39,901 bases of DNA. Source: Geodermatophilus sp. GTDB taxonomy: Bacteria; Actinomycetota; Actinomycetes; Mycobacteriales; Geodermatophilaceae. The notes below the pieces were generated by a model. That model was not told where the DNA came from. It saw nothing but the letters and a program-made list of their open reading frames with translations, and did not search any database. Of this stretch, positions 1 through 9,140 are shown one piece after another; the first letter of the stretch is position 1, and each line of letters starts with the position of its first letter. The DNA is taken from NCBI GenBank assembly GCA_035645175.1, contig DASQNB010000057.1, positions 1-39,901 of the forward strand. Direction: 5' to 3'. The translations under genes and the position numbers were made by a program.

Positions 1-195
1 CGTGCCCAGAGCGAGACCCCCCACCTCCTGCACGTCTCCGCCCGACCCGTCGCGGATCCCCGCGTACTGCGTCCCGTAGTCGGTGAACTGCCAACCGAAG
101 GCGTCGGCGTAGAAGCGCTTCGCCTCCGCCAGATCGGTCACGGTGAACTCGATGTAGTCGATGGCGTGGTGACGGTGCTGAGTGGGTTCGGCCAT
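1..195 (-). CDS. VOC/glyoxalase-family protein (3' end beyond window edge)
   Basis: Manual translation from ATG 195: MAEPTQHRHHAIDYIEFTVTDLAEAKRFYADAFGWQFTDYG, a typical VOC N-terminus. Alternative in-frame ATG at 204. Confidence 0.85.
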   Translation of the reverse strand, partial: MAEPTQHRHHAIDYIEFTVTDLAEAKRFYADAFGWQFTDYGTQYAGIRDGSGGDVQEVGGLALGT

Positions 196-461
196 GCCGG
201 TCATCGTGCTCGGCGGTGGTGTCAGGAACTGGGCTCTGAGGAGTGGAGACCGGGCCGGCGGCCTCGATCGCCCGCCGTGAGGTGCGCGATCGATGATCGC
301 GGGCCGTCTTGTTCGGGATAACGGTAGCGGGACGGCGCCTGCACGCACGTCGCCGGGTATCCACGCCGGCAGGTCCCAGATCGGCTGACCCGTGCCGCGC
401 GCCCGGCCGGTGGCCCGGGACGCGACGACCCGCGGCACGGGGCCGTCGCGTCCCGTCGGAT

Positions 462-1904
462 TCACCCCGCTTCGCGCAGCTCCGGGGCGGTGGAGGCGAC
501 GAGCTCCTCCAGCTCTCCGAGGTCGAAGGCGTGCCCCATGGCCAGGAAGCCGGCCCGGTTGGGGTGCAGGTGGTCGCCGGGGCCGCCCACGGAGGTGTTG
601 GTGTCGTAGGCGGGCAGGAGCCGGCTGGGGTCGGCCGGGTCCTCGGTGGCCGCCGCGAAGTCGACCACGGCGTCGAACCGGCCGCTGGTGCGGATGAAGT
701 CGTTGACCGCGCGCCGCTGCGCGTCGGTCTCGGCCGTGCCGTAGTTCGCCAGGCCCTCCTCGGCGCCACCCGAGGGCGTCAGCGTCGCGCCGATGATCGG
801 GATCCCCTGGTCGTGGACCCGGTCGATGATCTCCTCCATGCCGGCGATGACCTCTTCCGCGGTCGCGCCGCCGCCGCCGATGTCGTTGATGCCCTCCAAG
901 AGGACGACGGCGCGCAGGCCCGGCTGGTCGAGGACGTCCTCGTCGAGCCGGTCGATCGCCGGCGGGCCGTCGCACGGCTCGCAGCCGCCCGGGCGGCGTC
1001 CCACCCGGGTGACCATGTTGCCGGCGATGCCCTGGTTGACCACGGAGATCACGTCCCCGTCGTCCCCGTCGTCCTCGGCGAGCAGACGGCGCTGCAGCAC
1101 GTCGGGCCAGCGGTCGTTGCCGTTGATGGTGGAGAAGAACCCGTCGGTGATGGAGTCGCCGAAGGCGACCACCGTCCCGGCGTCCTCCCGCTGGACCTCC
1201 AGCCCGGTCAGGAAGAACCAGCTCGTCGTGGAGTGCAGGAACGCCTCGTCGGTCACGTCCCCGGTGTGGTCGCCCGTGCCGGGGTCGGTGACGTAGGAGG
1301 TGGTGAAGGACGCCGCGTGCCAGGTCATCGGCCCGCTGGCCCCCTGCACGTGCAGGCTCACCGCGATGTCGGACCGCTGCGCGTCGGCGTCCCCGATGCT
1401 GATGTGGACCGGGTCGCTGTGCAGCTCCTCACCCGGCTGCAGCGTCACCGACGGCTCCCCGTCGAAGGTGAGCTGCCGCTCGGTGCCCGGGACGACGGTG
1501 GCACCGCTCTGCTGCAGGGCGGCGGTCGCGCGCCCGAAGGTCACCGGCTGGGTGCCGAACCGGTTGCTGAGCTCGACCCGCCACTGGTCGCCGCCGATGC
1601 CGGGGTGCACGACCATGCGCATGGTCTGGTCCTCGGCCTGCTCGTCGGGGAAGGCGTACTCGAGCAGGGGCACCTCGATGCCCGGCGCCACCTCCCCCAG
1701 CGGCCCGGGCTGGCCCACCGGGTAGCCGAGCGGGTAGACGCTCTGCGGCGCGGTCGTCCACGCCGCCACCCAGGGCTCCGCGCCGGGGTCCTGGTGCGTC
1801 GCCACGGGCGGCGCCTGCTGCGGTGCCTCCGCCAGCGCCGGGGCGGCCAGGACCAGACAGCCGGCCGCTGCCAGGACGGCCGTCGTCGCGGATCGCACTC
1901 TCAT
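462..1904 (-). CDS. Secreted SGNH/GDSL-family hydrolase
   Basis: Signal peptide (MRVRSATTAVLAAAG...ALA), blocks FGDSITDG, GIAGN, EGIND and DHLHPN. GAGGAGG RBS before ATG 1904. Confidence 0.9.
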   Translation of the reverse strand: MRVRSATTAVLAAAGCLVLAAPALAEAPQQAPPVATHQDPGAEPWVAAWTTAPQSVYPLGYPVGQPGPLGEVAPGIEVPLLEYAFPDEQAEDQTMRMVVHPGIGGDQWRVELSNRFGTQPVTFGRATAALQQSGATVVPGTERQLTFDGEPSVTLQPGEELHSDPVHISIGDADAQRSDIAVSLHVQGASGPMTWHAASFTTSYVTDPGTGDHTGDVTDEAFLHSTTSWFFLTGLEVQREDAGTVVAFGDSITDGFFSTINGNDRWPDVLQRRLLAEDDGDDGDVISVVNQGIAGNMVTRVGRRPGGCEPCDGPPAIDRLDEDVLDQPGLRAVVLLEGINDIGGGGATAEEVIAGMEEIIDRVHDQGIPIIGATLTPSGGAEEGLANYGTAETDAQRRAVNDFIRTSGRFDAVVDFAAATEDPADPSRLLPAYDTNTSVGGPGDHLHPNRAGFLAMGHAFDLGELEELVASTAPELREAG

Positions 1905-2209
1905 GCTGTTCCTCCTCGAACCAGCGACCCCCGCGGGGTGCGCAGCGTGCCGGGCCGCTGGGCGTGCCGGCAACGGCGCCCGTCCGACGATGCCGAACCG
2001 CGCTGCTCACGCCGCCCGAACACGGCGGAGGAGCCGCCCCGCGTGGGCACCGGGGCCACCGCCGGGCCCGTCGTCCCGCCGTCGTGGCGGACGGGGGACC
2101 ACGCCGGGCGACGGTGGCCCGGGGCACGGGCGGGTGCGGTGACCCGGCCGTACGGGTGGGGCAGGATCCTGGTGCCCGTCAGCAGCGGGGCTCGCGACGA
2201 GAGGACACC

Positions 2210-4369
2210 GTGGAACGACGGCACTGGGACTACGCACGGCTGTTCGCGGCCCTGCCGTCGCCGCACCTCGTGGTGACGCCGGACCTGGTGGTCGTGGACG
2301 CCAACGCCGCGTACCTGGACATGGTCGGCAGGACGCGCGAGGAGCTGGTGGGTCGGCCCGTCTTCGAGGTGTTCCCCCCGACGGCGGACGCGGTCGACGA
2401 GGCCGGTGAGCCGCGGCTGGTCCGGTCCTTCCGCCGCGTGCTGCAGACGCGCAAGCCCGATCCCTCGTTCGTGGAGCGGTACGACGTCGTCGACCCGACG
2501 ACCGGTCGCGCGACCGAGCGCTGGTGGTCCCACGTCGTCGTGCCCGTCATGGACGACGACGGCCGGGTGCAGCTGCTCGTCCAGCAGGTGGACGAGGTCA
2601 CCGAGTACGTCCGTGAGCGGGAGGCGGCGCAGCTCGAGCACGCCGCAGGCCGGCAGTGGCGGTCCCACGCGGAGCAGATGGAGGCCGAGCTCTACGCCCG
2701 GTCCACCGAGATCCAGGCCGCCCGCGAGGCCGAGCTCCGGACGGCCCGGGTGCTGGAGGCCATGCCCTCGGGGTTCCTGTCGCTGGACACCGAGTGGCGG
2801 TTCATCCTGCTCAACCCCGCCGCCGAGCGGCTGGTCGGCCGGCCCCGCAGCGAGCTGATCGGCCGCAGGATCTGGGACGCCTTCCCCGACACGGTCGGCA
2901 ACGAGTTCGAGGCCACCTACCGGGCCGCCGTCGACACCGGCGTGCCGCAGACGCTGGAGGCGTACTACCCCGCGCCGCTGGACACGTGGTTCGAGGTCCT
3001 CGCCTGGCCCAACCCCGACGGGCTGTCACTGTACTTCGCCGACGTCACCGCCCGGCGGCGCACCGCCGAGCAGGCCGAGCGCTCCGCGGTCCGGCTGGCC
3101 CTGCTGGCCCGCGTCAACGCCGACCTGGTCGCCGCCCCCGACGTCCCCGCCACGGTCGCCGGCCTCCCGCGGCTGCTGGTGCCGGTGCTGGCGGAGGGCT
3201 GCACCGTCACCCTCGCCGACGAGACCGGCCGGGGCCACGACGTCGGCTGGTGGCCCGGCGACCCCGACCTGCGGCCGCTGGTCGGCGACCACGCCGGGGC
3301 CGTGGACGACGGGACGTCGGTGGACGAGGCGGTGACCCGGGTGCTGGCGACGGGGGTCGCGCTGCGGCTGACGTCCGAGCCGACCGGCCCCCTGCCCGGG
3401 GCGGCCTGGACGGTGCACCTGCCCATCCGCGGGCGCGGCCGGGTGCTCGGCGTCCTCAGCCTCTTCGGCCCGGCCGAGCGGCCGGCCGAGCCGGACGACG
3501 AGGCGACCGCCCAGGACATCGCCGACCGCGTCGGCCTGGCGCTGGACAACGCCCGGCTGGCCACCGCCCAGGCGCAGCTGGCCGAGGGGCTGCAGCGCAG
3601 CCTGCTCACCGACCCGCCCGAGCCCGACCACGCGCAGGTCGTCGTCCGGTACCTGCCGGCCGCGGAGGCCGCCCAGGTCGGCGGCGACTGGTACGACGCG
3701 TTCCTGCAGGGCAGCGGCCACACGGTGCTGGTGATCGGGGACGTCGCCGGGCACGACACCGCCGCCGCGGCGGCCATGGGGCAGCTCCGCGGGCTGCTGC
3801 GCGGCATCGCCGTCTACAGCGACGCGGGACCGGCCGAGGTGCTGCGCGGCCTGGACGCCGCCATGGACTCGCTGGTGCTGCGCACCCTGGCCACCGCGGC
3901 GGTCGCGCGCTTCGAGCAGAGCGACGAGGAGCACGAGCAGGGGGTGACCCGCATGATCTGGTCCAACGCCGGCCACCCGCCCCCGCTCACCGTCTCCCCC
4001 GACGGCGCCGTCACCGTCCGGGCCGCCGCCCGTGCGGACCTGCTGCTCGGGGTCGACCCCCGCGCCGCGCGCAGCGTGCACGTCGTCACCCTGCCGCGGG
4101 ACTCCACGGTGCTGCTGTATACCGACGGGCTCATCGAGCGGCGCGACGCCTCGCTGGACGAGGGCATCGACCGGCTGGTCTCCGTGGTGGCGGAACTCGC
4201 CGGCTCGGACCTGGACACCCTCTGCGACGGCGTGCTGGAACGCATGGTGCACGGCCGGCCCGACGACGACGTCGCACTGGTCGCCGTCCGGCTGCACCGC
4301 CAGGACCGCCCCCGGCCCCCCGCAGCTGGGCCCGACGTGGTACCCGCCTCGGTGCCCGCCGAGCGGTGA
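2210..4369 (+). CDS. PAS-PAS-GAF-PP2C (SpoIIE/RsbU-like) protein phosphatase
   Basis: Two PAS domains (DANAAYLDMVG, LNPAAERLVG), GAF end RVGLALDNARL, PP2C motifs VGGDWYD, IGDVAGHD, LYTDGL, DDVAL. GTG 2210 follows GAGGA. Confidence 0.9.
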   Translation: MERRHWDYARLFAALPSPHLVVTPDLVVVDANAAYLDMVGRTREELVGRPVFEVFPPTADAVDEAGEPRLVRSFRRVLQTRKPDPSFVERYDVVDPTTGRATERWWSHVVVPVMDDDGRVQLLVQQVDEVTEYVREREAAQLEHAAGRQWRSHAEQMEAELYARSTEIQAAREAELRTARVLEAMPSGFLSLDTEWRFILLNPAAERLVGRPRSELIGRRIWDAFPDTVGNEFEATYRAAVDTGVPQTLEAYYPAPLDTWFEVLAWPNPDGLSLYFADVTARRRTAEQAERSAVRLALLARVNADLVAAPDVPATVAGLPRLLVPVLAEGCTVTLADETGRGHDVGWWPGDPDLRPLVGDHAGAVDDGTSVDEAVTRVLATGVALRLTSEPTGPLPGAAWTVHLPIRGRGRVLGVLSLFGPAERPAEPDDEATAQDIADRVGLALDNARLATAQAQLAEGLQRSLLTDPPEPDHAQVVVRYLPAAEAAQVGGDWYDAFLQGSGHTVLVIGDVAGHDTAAAAAMGQLRGLLRGIAVYSDAGPAEVLRGLDAAMDSLVLRTLATAAVARFEQSDEEHEQGVTRMIWSNAGHPPPLTVSPDGAVTVRAAARADLLLGVDPRAARSVHVVTLPRDSTVLLYTDGLIERRDASLDEGIDRLVSVVAELAGSDLDTLCDGVLERMVHGRPDDDVALVAVRLHRQDRPRPPAAGPDVVPASVPAER

Positions 4370-4371
4370 GA

Positions 4372-4520
4372 GAGGACCCCCTGCCCCGTCCAGGCGACCC
4401 CGTCCAGGGGCTCGCCGCGGCCCCCTCCCGGGCACTGCCCCGAGCTCGCGAAGGGTGGTCAGGACGGGGCCCTCCTACGAGGGGTGAGGAGGACGGGGTC
4501 CTCGTACCTGCAGGGGCCAC
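4372..4520. repeat. REP-like palindromic intergenic element, long form
   Basis: Begins GAGGACCCCCTGCCCC and ends GGACGGGGTCCTC...CTGCAGGGGCCAC. Near-identical termini occur at 21150-21208 on the opposite strand. Lies between convergent genes. Confidence 0.65.
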
Positions 4521-4538
4521 GGGGCGCCGTCCCGGACC

Positions 4539-6200
4539 TCAGCCGGCGTCGGCCCAGGACCGGACGACCGAGACGTCGAGCGGGAAGTCGACCGGGAACG
4601 TGCCGAACAGCAGCCGGCCGGCCGTGGCGGCGGCCGCGCGCACCTCTGCGGCGACGGCGTCGGCCAGGTGCTCCGGCGCGTGGACGACGACCTCGTCGTG
4701 CAGGAAGAAGACCAGGTGCGGCCGCTCGGCGAGCGTCCCGGTGCCGCCGAGGCGCCACAGCCGGTTGCGCAGGTCGGCCAGCCAGCACAGGGCCCACTCG
4801 GCACCGGTGCCCTGGACGACGAAGTTGCGGGTGAACCGGCCCCACGCGCGGCGCTGCCGGTCGCGCTCCTCCCGTGACCCGGGGACCTCGGCCGGCTCGC
4901 CCAGCGCGACGGCGCGCTCCGCCCACGCGCCGGTGGGGCGCGGGGAGCCGCGGCCGAGCAGGGTGTGCACGACCTCGCCGCGCTCCCCCGCGCGGGCGGC
5001 CTCCTCCACCAGTGCGATCGCCCGGGGGTACCGGCGGGTCAGCCGCGGCATGATGCGGCCGCTCTCGCCCCGGGTGGCGCCGTACATCGCGCCGAGGATC
5101 GCGACCTTGGCCTGCGCCCGGGTCTCGACGGTGCCGGCGGCCACCATGCCCGCGTAGAGGTCGGCGGCTCGGGCGGCCTCGGCCATCGCGTCGTCCCCGC
5201 TCATCCCGGCGAGCACCCGCGGCTCCAGCTGGGCGACATCGGCGACCACGAGCCGCCAGCCGTCGTCGGCGACCGCGGCCGGGCGCACCTGCGTCGGGAC
5301 CGAGAGCGCTCCCCCGCCGTTGGACGCCCACCGCCCGGTCGCCACGCCGCCGGGCACGAACCACGACCGGAACCGCCCGTCGCGCACCCAGGCGTCCAGC
5401 CAGGCCCACCCGTTGGCGGTCACGAGCCGGGACAGCCGCTTGTACTCCAGCAGCGGCGGGACGACGGGGTGGTCGAGCTGCTCGAGCGTCCACGAGCGGG
5501 TGTCCTCCACCGCCAGACCGGCCGCCTGCAGCGCGGTCAGCAGGGCACCGGGCGAGTCCGGGTTGAGCTCCGGTGCCCGCAGCGCCGCGCGGACCTCCTG
5601 CGCCAGGGCCTCCAACCTCGCCGGGCGGGAGCCGTGCGCCGGCCGCGGGCCCAGCAGACCGGTGAGCAGCCGCTCGTGGACGTCGGCCCGCCACGGCAGC
5701 CCGGCGGAGGTCATCTCGGCGGCCGCCAGCGCCCCGGAGGACTCGGCGGCCAGCAGCAGGGCCAGGCGGCCCCGCTCCGGCGACGCGGCCAGGGCGGCCT
5801 GCTGGCGCTCGTGCTCGGCGACCGGGTCGAGGGCGTCGGCCGGGTCCTCGAGCGGGAAGAGGGCGGGGTCGGGGGCGGTCACCGGCTGCAGGGCGTCCCA
5901 GTCGGAGGTCTCGTCGGCGGCCAGCAGGGCCTGGTCGACGAACGGCGAGCGCCGCAGCACCGCGTGGGTGAGCCGGAGGTCGGTGCAGCGCGCGACCCGG
6001 ACGCCGTCGTCCAGAAGGGCCGGGTACCAGCGGGTCGTGTCGTCCCACACCCAGCGGACCGGCGCGCACTCCCGGTCCCGGACGAACCTCGCGAGCTCGC
6101 CGGCGGGGAGCCGGGTGACGCAGGCCGCCGCCCCGTCGTCGGCGGACTCGTGCGCCTCCACGGCGCCTCCCTCACGGCGCCGGAGGACCACACGGTTCAC
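4539..6200 (-). CDS. Non-canonical family-A DNA polymerase (actinobacterial 'bifunctional 3'-5' exonuclease/DNA polymerase' type, no 5'-3' nuclease domain)
   Basis: TGRWAS, motif A ADVAQLEPRVLA, motif B RAQAKVAILGAMYG, NFVVQGTGAE, motif C FFLHDEVVV. About 553 aa; GTG start at 6200 is inferred. Confidence 0.88.
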   Translation of the reverse strand: MNRVVLRRREGGAVEAHESADDGAAACVTRLPAGELARFVRDRECAPVRWVWDDTTRWYPALLDDGVRVARCTDLRLTHAVLRRSPFVDQALLAADETSDWDALQPVTAPDPALFPLEDPADALDPVAEHERQQAALAASPERGRLALLLAAESSGALAAAEMTSAGLPWRADVHERLLTGLLGPRPAHGSRPARLEALAQEVRAALRAPELNPDSPGALLTALQAAGLAVEDTRSWTLEQLDHPVVPPLLEYKRLSRLVTANGWAWLDAWVRDGRFRSWFVPGGVATGRWASNGGGALSVPTQVRPAAVADDGWRLVVADVAQLEPRVLAGMSGDDAMAEAARAADLYAGMVAAGTVETRAQAKVAILGAMYGATRGESGRIMPRLTRRYPRAIALVEEAARAGERGEVVHTLLGRGSPRPTGAWAERAVALGEPAEVPGSREERDRQRRAWGRFTRNFVVQGTGAEWALCWLADLRNRLWRLGGTGTLAERPHLVFFLHDEVVVHAPEHLADAVAAEVRAAAATAGRLLFGTFPVDFPLDVSVVRSWADAG

Positions 6201-6341
6201 CGCCGCAGTCTCGCCGCCCCGTCCGACGGCGACGTGCCCGACGCGCGACCGGGGGTGCGGTCGACGGGGCCAGGACTGGATGGCATGAGCACCGGCATGG
6301 CGAGACGGGAACACCCGTCGTCCTGCCGGCGCTCCCTGGCC

Positions 6342-6992
6342 ATGGCCACCATCGGACTGATCGGCAGCGGCAACATCGGCAGCACCCTCGCCCGCCTGGC
6401 GGTGGACCACGGCCACCGGGTGGTGCTGTCCAACTCCCGCGGACCCGAGACCCTCGGCGCCCTGGTCGCCGAGCTCGGGCCGAACGCCCGCGCGGACACC
6501 GCGGAGGGTGCGGCGGCAGCGGGAGACGTCGTGGTCGTGACGATCCCGCTGGGGAACTACCGGCAGGTACCGGTCGAGCCCCTGCGCGGCAAGGTCGTCG
6601 TCGACACGAACAACTACTACCCGCAGCGCGACGGGCAGGTCCCCGAGCTCGACGACGAGAGCACCACGAGTTCCGAGCTGCTGCAGGCGCACCTGCCGGG
6701 GTCGCGGGTGGTCAAGGCCTTCAACCACGTCATGGCCGGCCACCTCGCCACCCAGGGGGAGCCGGCGGGCACCCCTGGCCGTCGTGCCCTGGCCGTCGCC
6801 GGCGACGACGCGGAGGCCAAGGCCACCGTCGCCTCCCTCATCGACGAGTTCGGCTTCGACGTGGTCGACCTCGGTCCGCTCGCGGAGGGCTGGCGGGTCC
6901 AGCCGGACACCCCCGGCTACGGCCCCGAGCTCGACGCCGAGGGACTGCGCCGGGCCGCCGCCGACGCCAGGCGCTCCCGCGGCACCGCCTGA
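6342..6992 (+). CDS. NADPH-dependent F420 reductase-family (F420_oxidored) oxidoreductase
   Basis: MATIGLIGSGNIG Rossmann motif, SNSRGPETL, DTNNYYPQRDG, VVKAFN. Confidence 0.88.
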   Translation: MATIGLIGSGNIGSTLARLAVDHGHRVVLSNSRGPETLGALVAELGPNARADTAEGAAAAGDVVVVTIPLGNYRQVPVEPLRGKVVVDTNNYYPQRDGQVPELDDESTTSSELLQAHLPGSRVVKAFNHVMAGHLATQGEPAGTPGRRALAVAGDDAEAKATVASLIDEFGFDVVDLGPLAEGWRVQPDTPGYGPELDAEGLRRAAADARRSRGTA

Positions 6993-7756
6993 GCACCCGC
7001 CGGGCCTCCGTCCTGGGGGCACCGGGGCATCCGGCGCTGCTCGAGGTGGGTTCCGGCGAGCACGGCGTGGAGTGCCGCGGTGCCCTCGAGGAGGGCGCGG
7101 GACCGGGCGGTGATGCTGACCTCCCGGGCGGCCAGCGTGGCCGTGACCTCGTCCCACCGCCGCGCGCCGCGCAGCTCGGGCATCAGGGCCCGGAGCGGGG
7201 CGATGCGGTACCCGGCCGCGCGGAGCTGGTGGACGATCCGCGCGTCGCGGACGTCGCTCGGCGTGTAGGTGCGGGTCCTGCCCGCGGATGCCCGGTGGGG
7301 CGTCAGGAGCCCCTCCGCCTCCCAGTGGCGCAGGGTCGACAGGCGGACGCCGAGGGCACCCGCGAGTTCGGAGATGCTCATCGAGTCAGCGGGTCGCGTG
7401 TCCTCCACCGGCTCCGCGGCGATCGCCCGGACCGCGTCCTGCGCCAGCGCCAGCTCCCGGCGCTCGGTGTGCAGTCCCGCGTGCGCCGCGTCGAGGAGGG
7501 CCAGCAGGTCCGCCACCGGCCGCTCGTGCGCTGCCCGCAGGAGCCGCTTGGCCTCCACCGGGCCGACCCCGGCCGCCAGGGACCGGTAGGCCAGCACCGC
7601 GAGCACGTGCGCCTCGGTGTAGACCCGGTAGCCCGCCGGGGTCCGCGCAGCCGGCTGCAGGACACCCTCGCCCTCGAGGTCCCGGACCTGCTGGACCGAG
7701 TAACCGGCCCGCCGGGCGACGTCGACCGTCCGCAGGCCCGACTGGGGACTTCTCAC
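6917..7756 (-). CDS. Tandem MerR-HTH regulator (TioE-like)
   Basis: Two MerR HTH domains (VDVARRAGYSVQQVRDLE...GYRVY and MSISELAGALGVRLSTLRHWE). The 3' end overlaps the convergent reductase by 76 bp. Confidence 0.82.
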   Translation of the reverse strand: MRSPQSGLRTVDVARRAGYSVQQVRDLEGEGVLQPAARTPAGYRVYTEAHVLAVLAYRSLAAGVGPVEAKRLLRAAHERPVADLLALLDAAHAGLHTERRELALAQDAVRAIAAEPVEDTRPADSMSISELAGALGVRLSTLRHWEAEGLLTPHRASAGRTRTYTPSDVRDARIVHQLRAAGYRIAPLRALMPELRGARRWDEVTATLAAREVSITARSRALLEGTAALHAVLAGTHLEQRRMPRCPQDGGPAGAQAVPRERLASAAARRSPSASSSGP

Positions 7757-7817
7757 GCCATCCTCTCGGTCGAGACACCGGAAGTCTCCATCACCAGGTG
7801 AGGGAAACACTGGAGGC

Positions 7818-8291
7818 ATGAGGATCGAGGAGATCGTGGAGGCCATCGAGGCCCTGGGTGGCGTCCTGACGCTGCGGCCGCAGCCGGGCGACGGCTCGCC
7901 GGAGATCAGCTGGGGCGACCTGTTCTTCTACTACGCGCCCGACGGGGACGTCCCGAGGACGCAGCCCTTCGCGACCATCGTGACCAAGGACCACCCCGGC
8001 GACGAGGGATCGCGGCTCGACCGGCCCGGCGCCTTCCGGTTGAACGTCGCCGCCGGGTCCACGGAGTTCCGCCGGTGGACCGGCCGCGACCCGCGGCAGC
8101 CGGCGACAGACGACCCCGACCCGAGCACCCCGGACGTCGTCATCGCCCACCCGGTCTACGGCGAGCTGGGCTGGCTGGCGGTCGTCGACCCGGGCCCGCG
8201 CACCGAGTCGACCGTCCGGGACCTGCTCCGGACCGCCCACCACGCCGCCCGCACCCGCCGTGAGCGCCGCGCGCAGTCGACGGCGCACTGA
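7818..8291 (+). CDS. DUF6194-like protein
   Basis: GGAGG RBS. PEISWGDLFFYY, QPFATIVTKD and HPVYGELGWLAVV resemble DUF6194 (recognised from memory). Divergent from the tandem MerR gene. Confidence 0.7.
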   Translation: MRIEEIVEAIEALGGVLTLRPQPGDGSPEISWGDLFFYYAPDGDVPRTQPFATIVTKDHPGDEGSRLDRPGAFRLNVAAGSTEFRRWTGRDPRQPATDDPDPSTPDVVIAHPVYGELGWLAVVDPGPRTESTVRDLLRTAHHAARTRRERRAQSTAH

Positions 8292-8320
8292 GGCGCCGCA
8301 CCGGCCGGCCCCGCGACGAC

Positions 8321-8728
8321 TCAGCGATCGCGGCCGGGCTGCACGGACCCGCCGTCGATCTCGCAGAGCCTCCCGCCTGCGTTGATCGCGTCGAGACGGG
8401 CCCGCAGCGCGGCGACCCGGGCCTCGGCCTCCTCGACGAGCACCGCGGCGATCCGCGCCCAGTCCTCGGGCGCCGGGTCGGCCGGCAGGTCGCTGAAGAC
8501 GTCGGCGATCTCGCGGACCGTCAGGCCGACGCCCTGGGCGACCTTGGCCACCTTGATCCGGCAGGCCGCGCTGTCGTCGAAGCGCCGCTGGTCCCCCGCC
8601 GTGCGCCGAGCCGTGACGAGCCCGTGCTTCTCGTAGAAGCGGACGGCGGACGGCGCGACACCACTCGCTGCAGCAACGTCACTGACGGTGAGGGGAGGGC
8701 CGAACGAGGTCGGCGCTATGGCGGTCAC
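8321..8728 (-). CDS. MerR/SoxR-like transcriptional regulator
   Basis: LTVSDVAAASGVAPSAVRFYE...RTAGDQRRF. The SoxR CxGCGC [2Fe-2S] motif is absent (only LC near the C-terminus). GTG start at 8728 is inferred. Confidence 0.85.
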   Translation of the reverse strand: MTAIAPTSFGPPLTVSDVAAASGVAPSAVRFYEKHGLVTARRTAGDQRRFDDSAACRIKVAKVAQGVGLTVREIADVFSDLPADPAPEDWARIAAVLVEEAEARVAALRARLDAINAGGRLCEIDGGSVQPGRDR

Positions 8729-8754
8729 GACAGCATGGTGATCACGTCCGCGGC

Positions 8755-8785
8755 TTGACTTCACCAATGGTTCAAGGCCGAGCGT
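8755..8785 (+). promoter_or_regulatory. MerR-type promoter with 19-bp spacer and dyad operator
   Basis: TTGACT (8755-8760), 19 bp, then GAGCGT. The imperfect dyad CTTCACCAATGGTTCAAG spans the spacer and lies directly upstream of the divergent MerR gene. Confidence 0.65.
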
Positions 8786-9081
8786 GGCCGCCACCGTGCT
8801 GCCCTACGGGGTACAGAGCGGCCTGCTGGCCGCCGAGCACCTGCGCGGCGTCTTCGCCGAGCTGCACGTGGTCACCACCCGTCGCGTCGTCGGGCTGCGG
8901 GGCACCGTGGGAGGACGTCGACGCAGACGGGTTCACCCCGGCGTCGGGGGTCGACGAGGCCTTCGACGAGGCACTGGGCGAGCTGCACTGGTGGGCCGAC
9001 GTGCTGCGCACCGCCCGCCGCGACCGACCGTCACCCGCACCGCGCACGGGCCGGACGGCGGTGACCGGGCGGACGCCGTGA
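8784..9081 (+). pseudogene. NAD(P)H-dependent FMN reductase remnant (N-terminal half missing, frameshifted)
   Basis: PYGVQSGLLAAEHLRGVFAELHVVT continues, after a +1 G at 8899-8902, as APWEDVD...LGELHWWADVLRTAR. This matches the C-terminal half of FMN_red flavoproteins. Confidence 0.72.
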
Positions 9082-9140
9082 GCACCCGCGCGGGGCGACC
9101 ACAGCACCGTGACGGGGGCGAGGCACGCCCGTCCGGGACC

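Noticed and set aside
4372-4520. Repeat cluster as a CRISPR array
   Set aside because: There are no regularly spaced identical repeats with unique spacers and no cas genes. The structure is palindromic and REP-like.
4539-7157. 872-aa polymerase ORF and 675-aa reductase ORF as large fusions
   Set aside because: The N-terminal extensions are antisense read-through of the neighbouring gene. Plausible starts are at 6200 and 6342.
8321-8728. Calling the MerR regulator soxR
   Set aside because: It has no CxGCGC...C iron-sulfur motif.
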